NCBI GenBank assembly: GCA_051294905.1
Contig: CM119371.1
Span: 25,360,001 to 25,424,000 of the forward strand
Length of the DNA stretch: 64,000 nt
Origin: Botryllus schlosseri
Taxonomy: Eukaryota
Direction of reading: 5' to 3'
The notes under the pieces: generated by a model
What the model was told of the DNA's origin: nothing
Databases searched by the model: none
Seen by the model: the letters and a program-made list of their open reading frames with translations, nothing else
Program-made: the position numbers and the translations under genes
Shown: positions 14,001 to 29,000 of the stretch, in pieces
How the letters are laid out: every line of letters begins with the position of its first letter
How positions within the stretch are numbered: the stretch's first letter is position 1

Positions 14001-17000
14001 CACTCCATCCCTAATATTCAATATGTAGGTAGCCTTCATAAGAGAATTAAATTGCAACATAATGCATTCGTCTCCTGTATGAGTTTAATTACTTTAGTCT
14101 ACTTCCCAATCGTTTGAATCGTTAACAGGTTATTTTCGTTTAGAAAGAAACAAGGTATGGTAATGGGTCGAAGTCTTCAATAATTAAAATACAGATTTTT
14201 GTTCATACTTACTATCACTACAAAGATCGTGTCGTATGTGTCGGAGTGAGGTGGGAAGGATACAAAGTAGTCCTGGTTGTCGATACTTGACTCTTCTACA
14301 TAAAGCTCCATTATCACCATGCGTCGCATATGGTTCATCGGATCCGTCGCTTCAAAATATTTATAGCAATTGTATTTGTTAATGCCTATCTCAGGGGTGG
14401 GCAAACTTTTGAGCTCGCGGGCCGCATTCAACATCTGAATCCATTCGCGGGCCGCACTATATAAAACGCAATATTCGTATTTGATTATATAGTTGAGCAC
14501 ATGGTGATAATATATATGCTTATTCAAAACAAAACGAACACTGCTCTGATGATATCGTACACGCGACAGAAACTGTGGTGAGATTTCATAGACTGGACGA
14601 CCTCAATAACCAGTTTGTCTCAACCGGTGGTTCTCAACCTTTTTTAAAACACGCTTACCTTTATGATAATGTAAAAATTTCGCGCCCCCTGATCGCCATA
14701 TGACAAAATACAACCGGTATGCTAGCAACCCCAACAGATTGCTTGATGGCATGGAAGGTTAATACTGTTGATGAGAAAATTCAAAAATATGAAATTCGAT
14801 GAGAAACACGCGTGAATTGTAGGTAAATCGCGATAATTCGGTGGGAAACACGCCTGAATTGTACATAAACCGCTTCGTTGCGCCCCCCTTTAGATGCTTT
14901 CATCCCCTCAGCCCACCCCCATCCACTGGTCTGAGAGCCACTGGTCTAAACTATGGAGATGAAAGTCGGTTGTCCCGATTTTTAGAACAGGCTTGAATTT
15001 TAAATCCGTGAGTAGCGATCTCTGTTCATAGATTTACTATGGTTCAGTTCCAGGACACATAATGCTGACAGCACCATAACAATTTTAGCTTCAAACACGC
15101 TTCTACTATGTGTAAATAAAATATAAATAGGCTAATTCTACGCATACAGAGAACGAATCTACCTACGACACACGCGAATCGTTTTTTATAAGCATCATCA
15201 CTGAAATAATTAAAACTGGAGTGGCCAATCTGAAATCACATTCGTGATCCGAATTATGTCAAATTATCTCGTTCAGGATTTCTGTAATGTTTAGCAGTTG
15301 AAACCTTTCAAACTGCGTGGGCTGCCGCGCCAGAATTTAAACATAAAGACTAATATAAGAAATATTGAGCATACTTTTCAAGACACGCCCCTTCACACTT
15401 ATGATGATGAAATATTTCGCACCCCCCTGTCGTCATATCCCAAAACGCAACCAGGATGCTAGCAAACCTATCGGATAGTTTGATGGAATGGAAGGTTATA
15501 CGACTGTGGATGAGAGATTTTTAAATAGGAAATTCAGATTAAATACAGAGCAATAATTATGAATGGTATATTATTCGCGAAAAATTTTTCAGTTGAAATC
15601 AGCTTCGCCCCCCCCCCCCTGCCCCCCCCTTCAGGAGGTTTCACGCCCACTGCCTTGGACATATCATGGTGAATTGTACTAAGAGAAAGTTTAATCAAAT
15701 CCCTGCATTAATTCGATTTTTAGTACGCATTTTATCAATATTTTTCACCAGTTTCTTTACACTCTCGCGGGCCGCACAGAACGGTGTTGCGGGCCGCATG
15801 AGGCCCGCGGGCCGTAGTTTGCCCACCCCTGGCCTATCTGATAAGCAGAAGATTGTGTGTTAACTTTAGTCACCTGCTGCAGGTCCTCAGGGACGAATGC
15901 GGGTCTTTTGTCCAAATACTCTAACTCGAGCGTCAGGCGCTTGTATACTATATTGATTACAAAATTCCTGCAAATTTACTCATGTCCCATTTACTCATTA
16001 GCCAACACAGCCAAATAAGGTTGGTTTGTGAGCGCGAACCTCTAAATTATCAAGGTTTCGTATACCGAACACGAGTGTGAACCAAACGTTCGTAATATCC
16101 GCAATGAATATTCGCAATCAAATACAAGAATAATTTCAAGACATTAACTAATATGGTCTCGCTTTCGGTCATCACGCAAGTCACCAATACCTGCAATCTT
16201 TATTTCCGTCGCAAAATAGTTTAGGATGAAGACACCTCGATCCGTCGCTGCAGTGGAGCTCGTCCTTAACGCAGTGCGCACCTATGGAAATATTTATTGT
16301 AAAAATTCACTTCATTGTGCTAAGTATGTGTAGAATTAACGAGATCTGAATAATAGCACTTCTGGTTGAAATTACCTACGTTTTTCAATACGATTGTAGG
16401 TTAATATATCCACTAGTTAAGCAATAATGATAACTAGCTTGCAGTAAAATTTGATCAAACCTCTTCATGCGCATTGCGCACTATCTTTACCTATGATAGT
16501 GACACACAATGACAAAATAGTTGTAAACAATTCACAAGTCAATCCCACATTATGGTTTTGACTCGAGTCAAGTCTGGTCCTCTTCAATCCCCCACCGAGC
16601 CAAGTGCGAGTCCTAGTCAGGGTGCAGAGTGTCGAGTCCGAGTCATAATATTGGGACTCGGGTTCTAGTACAAACATCGTGTTCACTGTTGGGTCCCGAG
16701 TTAACATCATGTTCATCGCACGATTTTGCATTTATGCTTTAAGAAATGTCGAACCTGATGGATCGCATCAATACTTGAATGATTTTTCCTACTCCCAACA
16801 CCTTTATTGAAATAGATAAGAGACAGTTGTTGGTAAAGTACCCGCAGTGAAAGACGTAATATCAAGATTGTGGTAACTTTACTTTTTTTTCGAAGTTGCC
16901 TTGATCGTATGATATGCTCAAAGTAGCCAAGGAGGCTACTCAAGCAGAAGTAGACGTAGCAACCCAGAATTATACCCAAGTACAATTGGAACTATGAATT

Positions 17001-20000
17001 GTCGATGCAGAAAAAACTACTTGACCTAGAAGTGGAAAAGGCCTTATTTGAAAACTAGTCAATAAGGTGTTAAAAAGCAGTCGCACATACGCTGTCATGA
17101 ATCGTCCGAACCTGGAAACTGACGGGCAACTCTAAACGGCGGACCGCGGAACAGCGGAACATGTAATATTAAACGGCGGACCGAGCGGAACTGCGGACAG
17201 AGCGGACCATAAGAAAATAGCTCAATACTAAACGGCGGAACGAGCGGAACTGCGGACCGAGCGGATCATAACAAAATAGCTCAATACTAAACAGCAGAAC
17301 GCGGAACTAGCGGAACTCGCATTACTAAACGGCGGACCGAGTGAAACTGCGGACTGAGCGGACTACTACTAAGACCACGATGTAAACAGCGGACCGACGA
17401 TCAGGCGCAACTCGCGAATGTCGCAATACTCCTAATATCTCAAAGGGTGCCTTTCATTTCGGCAATAAGGAGCATACCGAACATAAGGACATCTTGTCTA
17501 GGGTAACTATGCGGTGTCTTCCAGTGTGGCAATGTAGTACCATCACACCCTAAATATACCCCAGACTTGTCCTGGTTTTAATTGTAACACAGTATGAACA
17601 CACGCCAAACATTCCCCAGACATGATGTCCGGGCTGCAACACAGTACCAACACACTCCAAACATACCTCGGACATGATGTCCAGGTTGCAACACAGTACC
17701 AACACACTCCAAACATACCCCAGACATGATGTCCTGGTTTTAATGCAGTACTCTCCTAACACACCACAGACATGGCATATTTCGACTATCTCTGATGGGA
17801 AAATTTATATGTATGTTTCTACTTGAGTAGTAATTATAATGAAAAGTAACTAGCTAACTCTGATGTTCTTTTTTGATGGATGTTTCCATCACGTTCGTGA
17901 TGGTGCTCTTAGTCTATCTAGCTAAATAAGGAAAGTACTTTTTATTTTAGAACATGCCAGTAGGTTTTCATCTGCTCACTCTTCTCGTGGTTACGTTTCT
18001 GGACTATATCCAAATTAACCGATTAATTTAAAGTTAAAATACGAACTGTTTCCTTTCTGCCATGTAGAAAGTAGTTTTTTTGCTCGAACACGGTAATTTG
18101 GCAAGGAAAAACTTATAACAACTTCCTCTACAAATCCCAGAAGGATTTCTCAATGAAAACGACGGGTCAGACGGCAGATTACACAAACGCAAATCGTGGA
18201 CTGATTCAACAGTGAACAATGTAATAGCAGACTAAGATGAATATGCTTGTCTCAAAGATTAAGCCATGCAGGTGTTAGTACGAACTGAACGTAACGTGAA
18301 ACCCATGCGATAGAGCAAACTTCCCATTACTATACGGCCGTAAACCAAACTTTACTCTGATTGGTCGAGAGACAATGGCCATGAATACGGCGAAAGGACA
18401 GGAAGGCTTGGGAATGCAGAGTATAAGAAGGCAAGATTATTTGTGGCATACATTTGGGCCTGAATTTGATACCAATAAGAGTGATTTACTTGTGATTTCT
18501 GCCAAGTTCAAATTTCATGAACTCATCGCATGTGCTGTTACGATACCTCAAGCACACCAGTGCAGATGAGGTCTGCTCAGCTAGAATCACTCTATCATGT
18601 GAAGCACCCAGATATCCATATGGAAAAAGAACAAGACCAATCTTTGCTATATTCACATGAGTGATGCTTAGTAGTCTTGAATGGCCCTTTCTTCGTGCAA
18701 TAACCCCCACAATATTGAATACCTGTTCATACTGTACTGTCCTTGAAGTGATTTGAAAAGAGATGTTGCATACGGAGTACCTGCTGTCTTGCTCCCCTCA
18801 AAGCAGTCTAAAACCCTACCAAAATTGCTACTTGTGAGTCGAAGAGCCCTATGTATTTACCCCATTCTGCACATCCTCTCTGTTCTGATGTCCTGTGGGC
18901 TTAGGTAGCTAATCTGCATATGGCTGACTTCGTTGGCTTCTAACCCTAAGATTCAGGTGATGGATTTGAAGATTCCATTTCAAGGCTACACGATGGCGAT
19001 TCTAGGTCAGGATCACCAGATGATAATGTAAGATTTGCATGTGCAGCATCCACAACATTGGAGGAAGACAGTTGACACGGCATGGAGTTCAGGGTCCGCC
19101 TCTTTGAAATGCGCATATCTTCTGCTTCACCACGGAGATTGCGACTGGGAATCGCAATTCTCTTTAGACGTGACTGTATTGGTGTATCTATAATGCACTA
19201 GCAGCAAAATCTTCCTTGCAAAAGTGGTAGGAGCAAATTATTATTATTAATATAATTGTACACAACAGTGGTGCTTTTAGCCTGTTTAAGGCTTTGTGCT
19301 CCACGACATGGCAGTATTTGAACTGATCAATGCATTTATTCTTGTCTTTGACATTCTTTCCACTCTCTCATTCATCGGCTCGCGATTCATCAGGTCTTTA
19401 GCTGCCGACTTGTAGCTCGGCTCACTGTGATTTCCGGGCTTTTTAAGTCACTGCAACTGCAGTGAGGTCGGCGATGAGGAGCAAATGAAGCTTGTGGAAG
19501 TAGGCTTGAAATCCTGCCTTCTTACTCTGCATTCCCAAGCCTTCCTGACCTTTGCGTTGGAAGGAAATGAATGGAAAAATCTGTTCTTCCCCAGTTCATT
19601 GCCATTGGTGGCACTGCATTTATAAACACAGCAGTATTTCAGCATTATATTTTAGTATACGTTACTAAATATTTAATATCCTTTCCTAATTTTATTATTG
19701 ATGAAGAAATAAACATTTAACTGTAATCTTCTCGTTTTTATGCAGTCTACACGGCTATAGGAATACATCGCAGTGTTGGGATCAAGTCACTACCTTCGAG
19801 TCACGAGTCATTTCGAGTCATTGCACATTTTGACTCGAGTCAAGTCAAGTCAATCGATTTTCGAAGGTGACTCGAGTCAAGTCAAGTCACTCGTTTTATG
19901 GAGGTGACTCGAGTCAAGTCGAGTCAAGTCAAGTCAAGTCACGAGTCAAGTCACCATTCAAGTCAAATTGGTTTTTCGAAGTATGAGTGATGATTCAAAG

Positions 20001-23000
20001 TCATTACGTTTTGCTAGATATGTGAAAAACAGATGTATTGGTCATATATCTTGAATCAAATAACGATTATAAAGTCAAATATACATGCAAAATGGCGTTG
20101 CATCGCTCACACATATGTAGAGCAGCTAATCAAATTCGTGAGCTAAAACAGAGGATCGAATACGACGCGTCGAAAAGTAGAAACAAATTGATATGGTATA
20201 ATACACTACCCATCTACACATTCGGGAGAATATAAACGCATGAACTATATTCGTTCGATTCGAATCATACAAGGGGGTTGGCTAAGGTGGACAGTGCGCG
20301 AAGTAAGCACTGAGAAACAGAGATACGTTGCTATTAGATTATGGTACTGATAGCACATAAACGTAAGCTGTCATCAGTTCGTTTTCGGTCAATTTAATTG
20401 TGATGTAACAAGGGGGATCAGTGAAAGTTATATTCAGTGATTGCTGGTCAGTCATTACTTGTTGCTCTCACAAGTGACACCGGCGTATCTCGAACAATCC
20501 GAACATACAAAAGATACAGGGATTTATTCGACAGCGTTTACTTGATGACTTGAAATTGACTCGTAAATTTTACTCCGAGTCACGAGTCAATGCCCATTTT
20601 TGAAGCTCCGAGTCAAGTCAAGTCAAGTCATTTCTTCACAGTGACTCGAGTCAAGTCAAGTCATACGAAAAAGTTGACTCGAGTCTGACTCGAGTCAAGT
20701 CATGACTCGAGTCATCCCAACACTGATACATCGTAGTGCCAACTAGGCTTAGGTAAATGCAGCGTCCTCCGTTGCTGCGCCGTATCCATGGCCACTGTCG
20801 ACCAATCAGCGTAAAGTTTGGTTTACGGCCGTATAGCGCAACTATCAGCAAGTAAGCACATGCTGGCTATTGCGGACCACCGGATGAGTACCACTGCCCG
20901 GGAGTACTCTAGTGACAACCATGAAGTCACAATTTCATATCAGGATATGCCATTTTGACCAAACAAAATTTTTGAGTTCATTATCCCACTATACCCGATC
21001 TTGTGACGAGCAGTCACCGCTTTAAACCAAACTAATTTCGTTTCAGCGAGTCGAGCAAAGACCGGTAAAAATTGATGGTACATATATAACGTGCTGCTGG
21101 TTTTCGCCAGAATCAACATTGAGTTCACAAGTTTCTAGCATCATGATTTGGAATGCTCTCACTAACTAACTCATCGCTGATCCCGCTGTAAATACAGCGC
21201 CTTCAAAAAACCCAGAGGAAGAGAGAGCCAAACTCTAGACAGGTGGCAGCAGAGACCATAAAAAGTACGCAAGAAAGCGGAAAGACCTCAAAAAGACAGG
21301 AACATAATGAATATTACATTGCAGTAAAAAATGATCGAAGTGTGGATAAGAGCTAATTGTGTTAATAAAACAAACGAACTAATTCAACGCACTCGGAATT
21401 CTGGTTGGTGGATATTGCTGAGACACGGTTAGCTCGTTTAAAGAATTCCCTGATTTCCCCGATTTCTATGTGAATTGCGAGTTCTTCGAAACTATTTGGA
21501 GCAAAATTTACCAGATTTCATTTAATGTCCAATATTGTGTCTAACCGTTGAAGTCACACACGTGAAATATGCAGTGATCGCAGATAGTGAAAAGAATCTT
21601 TAGGGAAGAAGGTGATATTATCTCATTTCAAATGAAGCTTGAATATCTTTCATATTTACTGTTCCTGCATAATTTCGTCCTTTCATCATCCAGATACCGC
21701 GGTAGAATGCAAAGGGATGCTTCACCTTTGGTCCTCCCTCTGCACAGCGTCTCATTGCTATCGTCAAAAGTGGCATATTGTGGCTCGTCCGACCCATCGC
21801 TGTCAAAAAAAAATTCTGTTTTGCCGGATTGATTACTCGCCGATTAGTAGTCCAGTAGAAATTTCGTTCAACCGAGAAAAGAGTCTTATAAAGACGTATT
21901 ATATGCTGTTGGAAAGATAATTTTTATCAGCTTTTCAATGCAGAGTTTTGTCATTCTCTTTTACCTTGGGGAAAGAAAGTTATGACCAAAAATGTGCCAG
22001 GGGGTAAAGCACTATTTTGCCGAACAATAAAATACAATTTTAAGCTAAAACACGATAACTTCGTAACAGAATACAACACCATAAATTGGACTATCCCTCT
22101 CAGGAAAGCAAACTAACAATCGAAATCAAAGATAACTTTAGGTAGCCTACTTATCATACGTTAAAGGGGCAAAAGTTGACCGAGACGGAGATAACACTGG
22201 TTTACAAATTTTATTGATTGACTTGGGCTAATTTATGGTTGCTGAATCCGATTCTATGCTAATAAATTCTCCATCACGTCAGATTTTCTCCGTATTAATT
22301 TTTCTCATTTTCAATAAGTAATCAAATTTCAGCTTTCGTTACTTACATCACGGTTAGAATACAATAGAAACAGATCAAATATTGCTATTGAAATCTTCTA
22401 TCATGAAACCTGGGTTGTTGTAATACAGAATGAGTGAGTTTTTGGTGAACTGGAATACAGTGATTCTCTATCGTTGTTCAATCAGAAGCTCTTTTCGACC
22501 TATAAATTTACACTGGTCAACAAATTCAAAAAACCACACCAAATACCATACTGGAACAGAAGTAGATATGTTTTTAAATGGTATCGACGCTTTTTGTTTG
22601 TGTTATACAATATTAAACGCCAGTTCTATATGCAAAAAGCTTAATATTTTTGGCGGTTTCTGATTTGCCGTAATATTTTACTATGAACTTGAGCAGTGGT
22701 TCTACACCTTTTTGTATTCGCGGACCCCTTTTGGACCCGCATGGACCCCACGGACCCCCCCCCCCTCCCCCGAAGTTTTATTTCAAATTTAGTTCAATTA
22801 TGGTACAATCGTCATCTGTCTTGTGCAAATGATATCTGTAGGCTAGTCATAAACAACAACAAAATTACTTTTCTTGAAAATAACAGCATTCTATTTATGC
22901 AGAAATTGGGTTGACTTTTATTATTCCAATGCTAATTTTTCAACTGCATTTTTTGAAATGCGTGGTCGTGTCTTTAAAATCCGCGCCTTCGATTTCATAT

Positions 23001-26000
23001 CAACGAGTGCTAAAATTCTATTTAGACAAAGGAAGGTAGTGACGAATATCATAATAAGGCATAACGCTTCGGACGACACATTTGGGTATGATCGCAACAA
23101 TGATGACACCAAAATTGACAAACACTTTTTTATTGAACTTATAACGTCAAGCCTATTAATTTATATCTAACAGCTTATCTTGAAGTTAATAATTAAATGG
23201 TTATGTAGGCCTATATCTCAGGAGAAAACAGATTTTTGTAAACACTTCGAAGTCACCGTGATTGACTTTACTTATCCAACAATTTATTTTTTACACAATG
23301 CCCAGCAAACCATCTCTCTACAGGCAAATATTTGTATCAGTGGGCTATTGGCAATTTAGCAACTAAAATGAGTCCACGCAGCAGGATATTGCATCTCAAA
23401 CGGCCATCCTGCTGATGTGAGTTCTACTGTGATGAAGCAAAACTGCCTCGTGATTTTCCTAATTTGAAAAATATAAATTAGGTTATCAACTATTTTGTAA
23501 ATTCGCTTCGCTTCGTGCACCCCCTAAAAAATGCTTCACGGACCCCCAGGGGTGCGCGGACCCCCAGTTGCGAACCACTGAACTAGAGTTTGTAGAAATG
23601 ATTGGCGTTGCTACTCAAGTAGCACAAGTAAATCCCTATATTTTCTACTCCATTAACAGTATGAATAGTGATTTTTAGGATACGTGAAAACTACTTCAAG
23701 TGGCAGAAATATCTAAGTATATTTGGTCGGGGGGAGGGTGGTCGCATGCTTTCGACAGTTAGTCGGAGATGGCCACATATGAAATCGACACATTTATCTT
23801 ATCTGGTAATGTTTATAATGACACAATATCCATTGGTAGAATATACGAAAATATATTCAGTTACCGCGCTTTAGGGGCTGTTAAGGCTAATTCATTTATG
23901 AAATAACATGCAGCCAACATCGTCACTGAGCGAAGCTTTGTTTGGAATACATTCGTGTTAAAATTAATGAGTGGGTGCAGTGCCAAATTCAATGTCGGCA
24001 GATATCTCCATGACATTCCCAGTTGATTTACTAGTTACCCTAAGCACTAAAACAAAACCCGATACAAATAACTTCCCGTATTGCCAATCACAGATGGGAA
24101 TTCAGATTGCGTACATCTGGTTCGAAGCACATGGTATGAACCCTTCCTCGATGGCTGTTATAACAACCTTGATTTGATCCCGAATATAACACATGCAATT
24201 AATATATATATGTGATATCGAAGCGCAAAATATTTTCAATAGTAAAATCTCAACCAGAAAACAGCGACCGGACTTTGACCTTTTACCAGGACCGTAACTG
24301 CCGCACGCCAAATCGTTTAATTGGGGGTCCCGAGCTCGAAGTGGGCCCGATATTATGTCGGAGAATTAACATAAATTATTTATACATCACTTATTGACAA
24401 TTTATGCAACCCTATTCAATTTTTTTTTTGCGCTGGCCGCGATTACATGTTGCCAAATTTTTGATTATTGAGTACCCTTCCCCCACGAAAAAAAGCAGGA
24501 TTTAGAGAAAATAAAAATACGCATTTCGGCGTCGACCATTACCACGCCGCGATGCACGAAACCATACGAAGTATTTACCAATATGGTACTCTGAAAAGTG
24601 TGCTAATAGATCGCCTGCGAGAAACCTTGGCCGAAAGGGATTGCCCTTATGTTGACCGTGAACTTCGAAATAAATATAAGCCTATCTAATTGTCCATAGC
24701 TGCCTAAATGGCTCGTGTCTAATTATTCTATCGTGGCAATCTGAACCCCGCAGGTCAAACAATATTTCTCAGAGAAAAATTATCTGCCAGTGAAGAAATG
24801 CGAATTTTCGACAGAGCCACCACAAACGTTTCTTGGATCTTGCATGGTTTCTCAATAAATTACGGCATGATGTGTGGCTGTACGTCTCATGGCCATTTTC
24901 TTAATTTTTCAGAAAATTTCCGAACAGCGTTTCACGATTCAGTTTCAAAGCATGACCAATTACAGTGTCCAAGGTAGGGTTGCATTTTAAACAAACGGTG
25001 TTTTGAAACACTTTGTTTAAAACATATTTTAAACAAAAGCCTTATTAAAAAAAACGAATTGTATTTTTTCAAGTTATAAAATTATGCCATAAGTGTGTAA
25101 ATACTTTGCAAAAACATGTTGTATGAGAAAACAGACGATCACCACCCAATTTAGCCGACGTATATCGTTATGGGATGGTTGAAACCCTAAAAAATAGGTG
25201 GTTCAACAGTTGTAGTGCAGATATTTTGTCAAAGGGGCTATATTTATCCTATGTTTTCAATGGTCGATTTCAATCCATTATGATGTCACAATTGAACATT
25301 CGTGACTTCATGGCTTGAAACCAAAAACAAAAAACAATAAAAAACATGTTTTAAATTAAGGTCTGGTTTTAAACATGTTTGTTTTTAATTTATTTTTGTT
25401 TTAAATGCATCCCTAGTGTAAAGGGTGTGTGGTACTATCACTCTCGCAAAACTAAGCTCCCAAATGACACAGTGAATCTCCAGTCCGATAGATTTTTCCA
25501 CACTTAACACAAATTGCTGTTTCTTTTTGACTAAGCACAATCTAAAAAACAAGCAAGGTAAATGAAACAAACCATAATAAGTAAACAATAACTTAATGAA
25601 GTTATAACGAACAACGACAGCTCTACTTGCGCTCCCCCCCCCCCCGGCAATCCGCCTGTCTTGCTCACTCCTACTCGCTGAAACAGATATATAATTCTAT
25701 TTTATTTTCATATATCCCTTTTGTGTCTATATCCTGCTTTTCTCTTGATAATTCATTAGTTTCTAACCTTTTGTTCATATTTTTACGTTAATTTTTTCCC
25801 TAATTTCAATTTTTACCCCTTGGCACGTTTTTGGTCACAACTTTCTTCCCCAAGGTGAAAAAGTGACAAAACCTATCATTGAAAAGCTGTTAGAATTATC
25901 TTTCCGACAGTATATAATACGTCTTTATAAGAATTTTTTCTAGGTTGACCAATTTTTAGACCAAATTCTACAGAAATATAGTGGAAGTAATGATACGCAT

Positions 26001-29000
26001 GCATTTCGTGGAATATGGCTGGATAAACGACTTTGCGCCACTCTCCTCAGACTTCAAACAGGATATGATAATGGCCTTTGTGACATTGGTTATGTTTAGG
26101 AAATGGTAGATGGGGTGTTTCGTTAAGTGCAATAGACCATGCGTACACGGAACGTTTAAAAGAGCAGCTTAGCAGGTGTGAATCTGTTCTACATTAGACA
26201 ACTAAGTGTTGGAGGTTTATCAAAGCTCCTCCTCGCCTCGTGAGCGTTGTCTTATAAAAACCCTAGAAGTGGGCCGTGCTACAAGTCGGCAGTAACGGAA
26301 TATATATGAAAAATATCGGCCTGTCGTAAATGACCACCGTAGTCGACAAACACCATGAATACCATAAAACAAGCAAACAAACCAGACAACTAGTCGGACA
26401 GCCCGACGGTACATCTGGTTGTTTTTCAAGATAAACTATATGAGGCACTACATTGTGATGGTTAGGCGGGCATTTGAGGCAAACGATGTTTTAAAACACG
26501 TTGTTTAAAACATGATTTGAACAGTGTTTTGAACAAACGCTTTTCAAAAAGAAACATTTTTCCAAACGCTGTATAATTATACCATATTAATGTAAATACT
26601 ATTAAAAAACATGTAGCATGAGCCTACGGACGACTTGGAGCCAATATAGTCGACGTATACGATATGGAGTTGCTGGAACCCTGGAGATCGTCGTCGATTC
26701 GACAGTATTAGCAGGTAGGTATAAGTAATTGGTACGAAATGGTTCTTCTGATGATGATGACCACCGACCGTAAAAATGCTGCATAATGATGTACTCCTGG
26801 TTGAAGATATTATGGTCTGTTTATGACAGTGGTCGGAAGCCTTTTTCGTCAAATGAGCAATGTTTACCCTATATATTCAAGTGTCAATGCAAATTTACTG
26901 TGACGTCACAAATAAAGATTCGTCACGTCATGGCTAGAAAAAGATGTTTTGAACAAGGCCACGTTTCAAACATGTTTGTTTTGATTGATTTTTGTTTTAA
27001 ATGCAACCCTAGTAATGGTGCGAAATGACCTCTAAATCGGTGCACCATTTCCTTCCTAATCAAGCAACAACAACTTATCAAGAGTTTCAACTTCCCATGT
27101 CTCGTTGCAGGACAGTGGTACCATGATAGTAAATTCAACACTAAGTCAGATAAACGACGAACGTGTTGAACGTTTGAAGATAGTTGCATCACATGACGCA
27201 CATCTCCGTGCGATGTTTGCGTTTGCAGCTAACTTTTCAATAATCTATCGCTCACAAAACCACAGCTATTCAGGTGTTTACACCAGCATCTGTTAAACAT
27301 AGTTTTCCTCGATTTTTAGGTGAAATTTATAAGTTGATTGCCTAGTATTGTCAAGTAGTTGTGAGTTGAATATAAAATTAAATTTTCAAGACAATCACTG
27401 TATATTTGGCCACCAATTGAAGAATGTTACAATTTAGTCCTCGGTATTGACATTTTCATAATTCATAATACGTTTCCCACTTTGGAACTGAAAATTATTC
27501 ATGCAAAACATATAGTCAATTTTCGCGAAGTTCTATTCAGTGATCTTAAATTTACTAGATAGGAAAATATCTGATTAGAAATGTACCGTTTGCTTGAGTA
27601 AACCATGTAATTTAGTAGTTCGCCAGGAATGATGGTTACCTGCAATCTTTCTCTCCGTCGCAAAAGTATGAAACTGGTATACAGCCAGATCCATCGCGGC
27701 ATTCGAAATCTTCTTCGGCGCATTTCGTTCCTAGCGAAATATTGAACAGATAAATTAAATCGTATATTTTGTTTCTACATGTAATGGACGGCCAGAATCC
27801 TTTCACTACGGACTCTTGGGATATCATTAAACCTATATGTTAATAGCAACCGTTTACTTCCATACTAGCGTAAGTGCTTTAAAAAAAAATTAACTTTCTG
27901 GTACTAAGCTGGTCATCAGGGTAGTCCAAAATTTGAGAAATCTCAAAAATGATGGGTAGCAATGTCTCATTCTACAGATTATTGATAAAAAAAATCGGCA
28001 ATGAGCCTGGAACAAGCTCACAGGAAAGTTGTTAAGATTTGTCGCAAAGCGTTTGTAAGTAGCTACCGACGAGTGGGCGTGCCAGCGACCATAGAACGGC
28101 GACAAGACTAGTAATAACGAAATCACCGCTCTTGATTGGCGAATCGGCTATGCTTCAATGATCACGACGGTGGTGGCTTGCTGATTAGTCGTTAAAGGAG
28201 TCTTATAACGGCAATGATTCTGTAAGCGCATTGTAGGTTGGTTGCCAAATAATGGTATAGGATTAACTCAGGACATCTGGAGTTACGAAATACATGATGA
28301 TGAACAAACAACAGCTGCTTCAAACAAACTTGAAGCATGACTGGCCTCAGGGTTGGATTATCCGGATAACGGTTAACCGGTTAACCTCCGGTTTTTTATT
28401 ACCCGATATCCGGATATAAATCTGCCGGTTAACCGGATAAAATAGCATCGTTTAGGAAGCTTCAATAAGTCGTATAATCAGTGTTGCGCGCGGCCAATTA
28501 GCGAGAAGCGTGTCGCCAATTAGTCAGTGCAGTGTGTAACGCGACGCAATCTCCCGCTGAGAAGATCGCCAGATTAGGTCATTGATTGCCGCGAATTCGG
28601 CTATCGTTGCTGGCCTGATTTTTCGAGTCTCCAAGATGCCCATAGTTCCGCTGGCAGAATCACATCTGATCACGATATTATCACTGGCCTACACAATCGC
28701 ATCTGCAATAGGCATGATACGAACGATAGATATCGTCGCTGGCGTAACCAGCGAGTCTAGGCCCCGGCATGCGTTGGCTCGTATCTCTTGGTGGCTTGGA
28801 GACTATATGCCGGTAAGACTATTTTGATCAGCGATTGTGATTAATGAGTGACATCGCGAAACCGAATGACATCGAATGTTCGCATTACGCAAACATGTTC
28901 GTGCGCGCAAGCGTAATTTATTTCCGCTGATACTAAATTCGAAAAAAAATCCAAACCCCCTCGTTTTATTTAAAACACCCCCCCCCCCCCCGTTATTTTT

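Larger units (their letters stand above)
21832..25991. mobile_element. Long-TIR (foldback-like) non-autonomous element containing several nested MITEs
   Basis: About 21870-22010 is the imperfect reverse complement of about 25810-25950. Exact termini and family uncertain. Confidence 0.6.

Noticed and set aside
14177..14527. 116-aa ORF as listed in the track
   Set aside because: Wrong frame over real exon 7, and it extends into a MITE.
17125..17400. CRISPR-like repeat/spacer appearance
   Set aside because: Inter-repeat segments are themselves repeated, repeats are degenerate, the context is eukaryotic and there are no cas genes.
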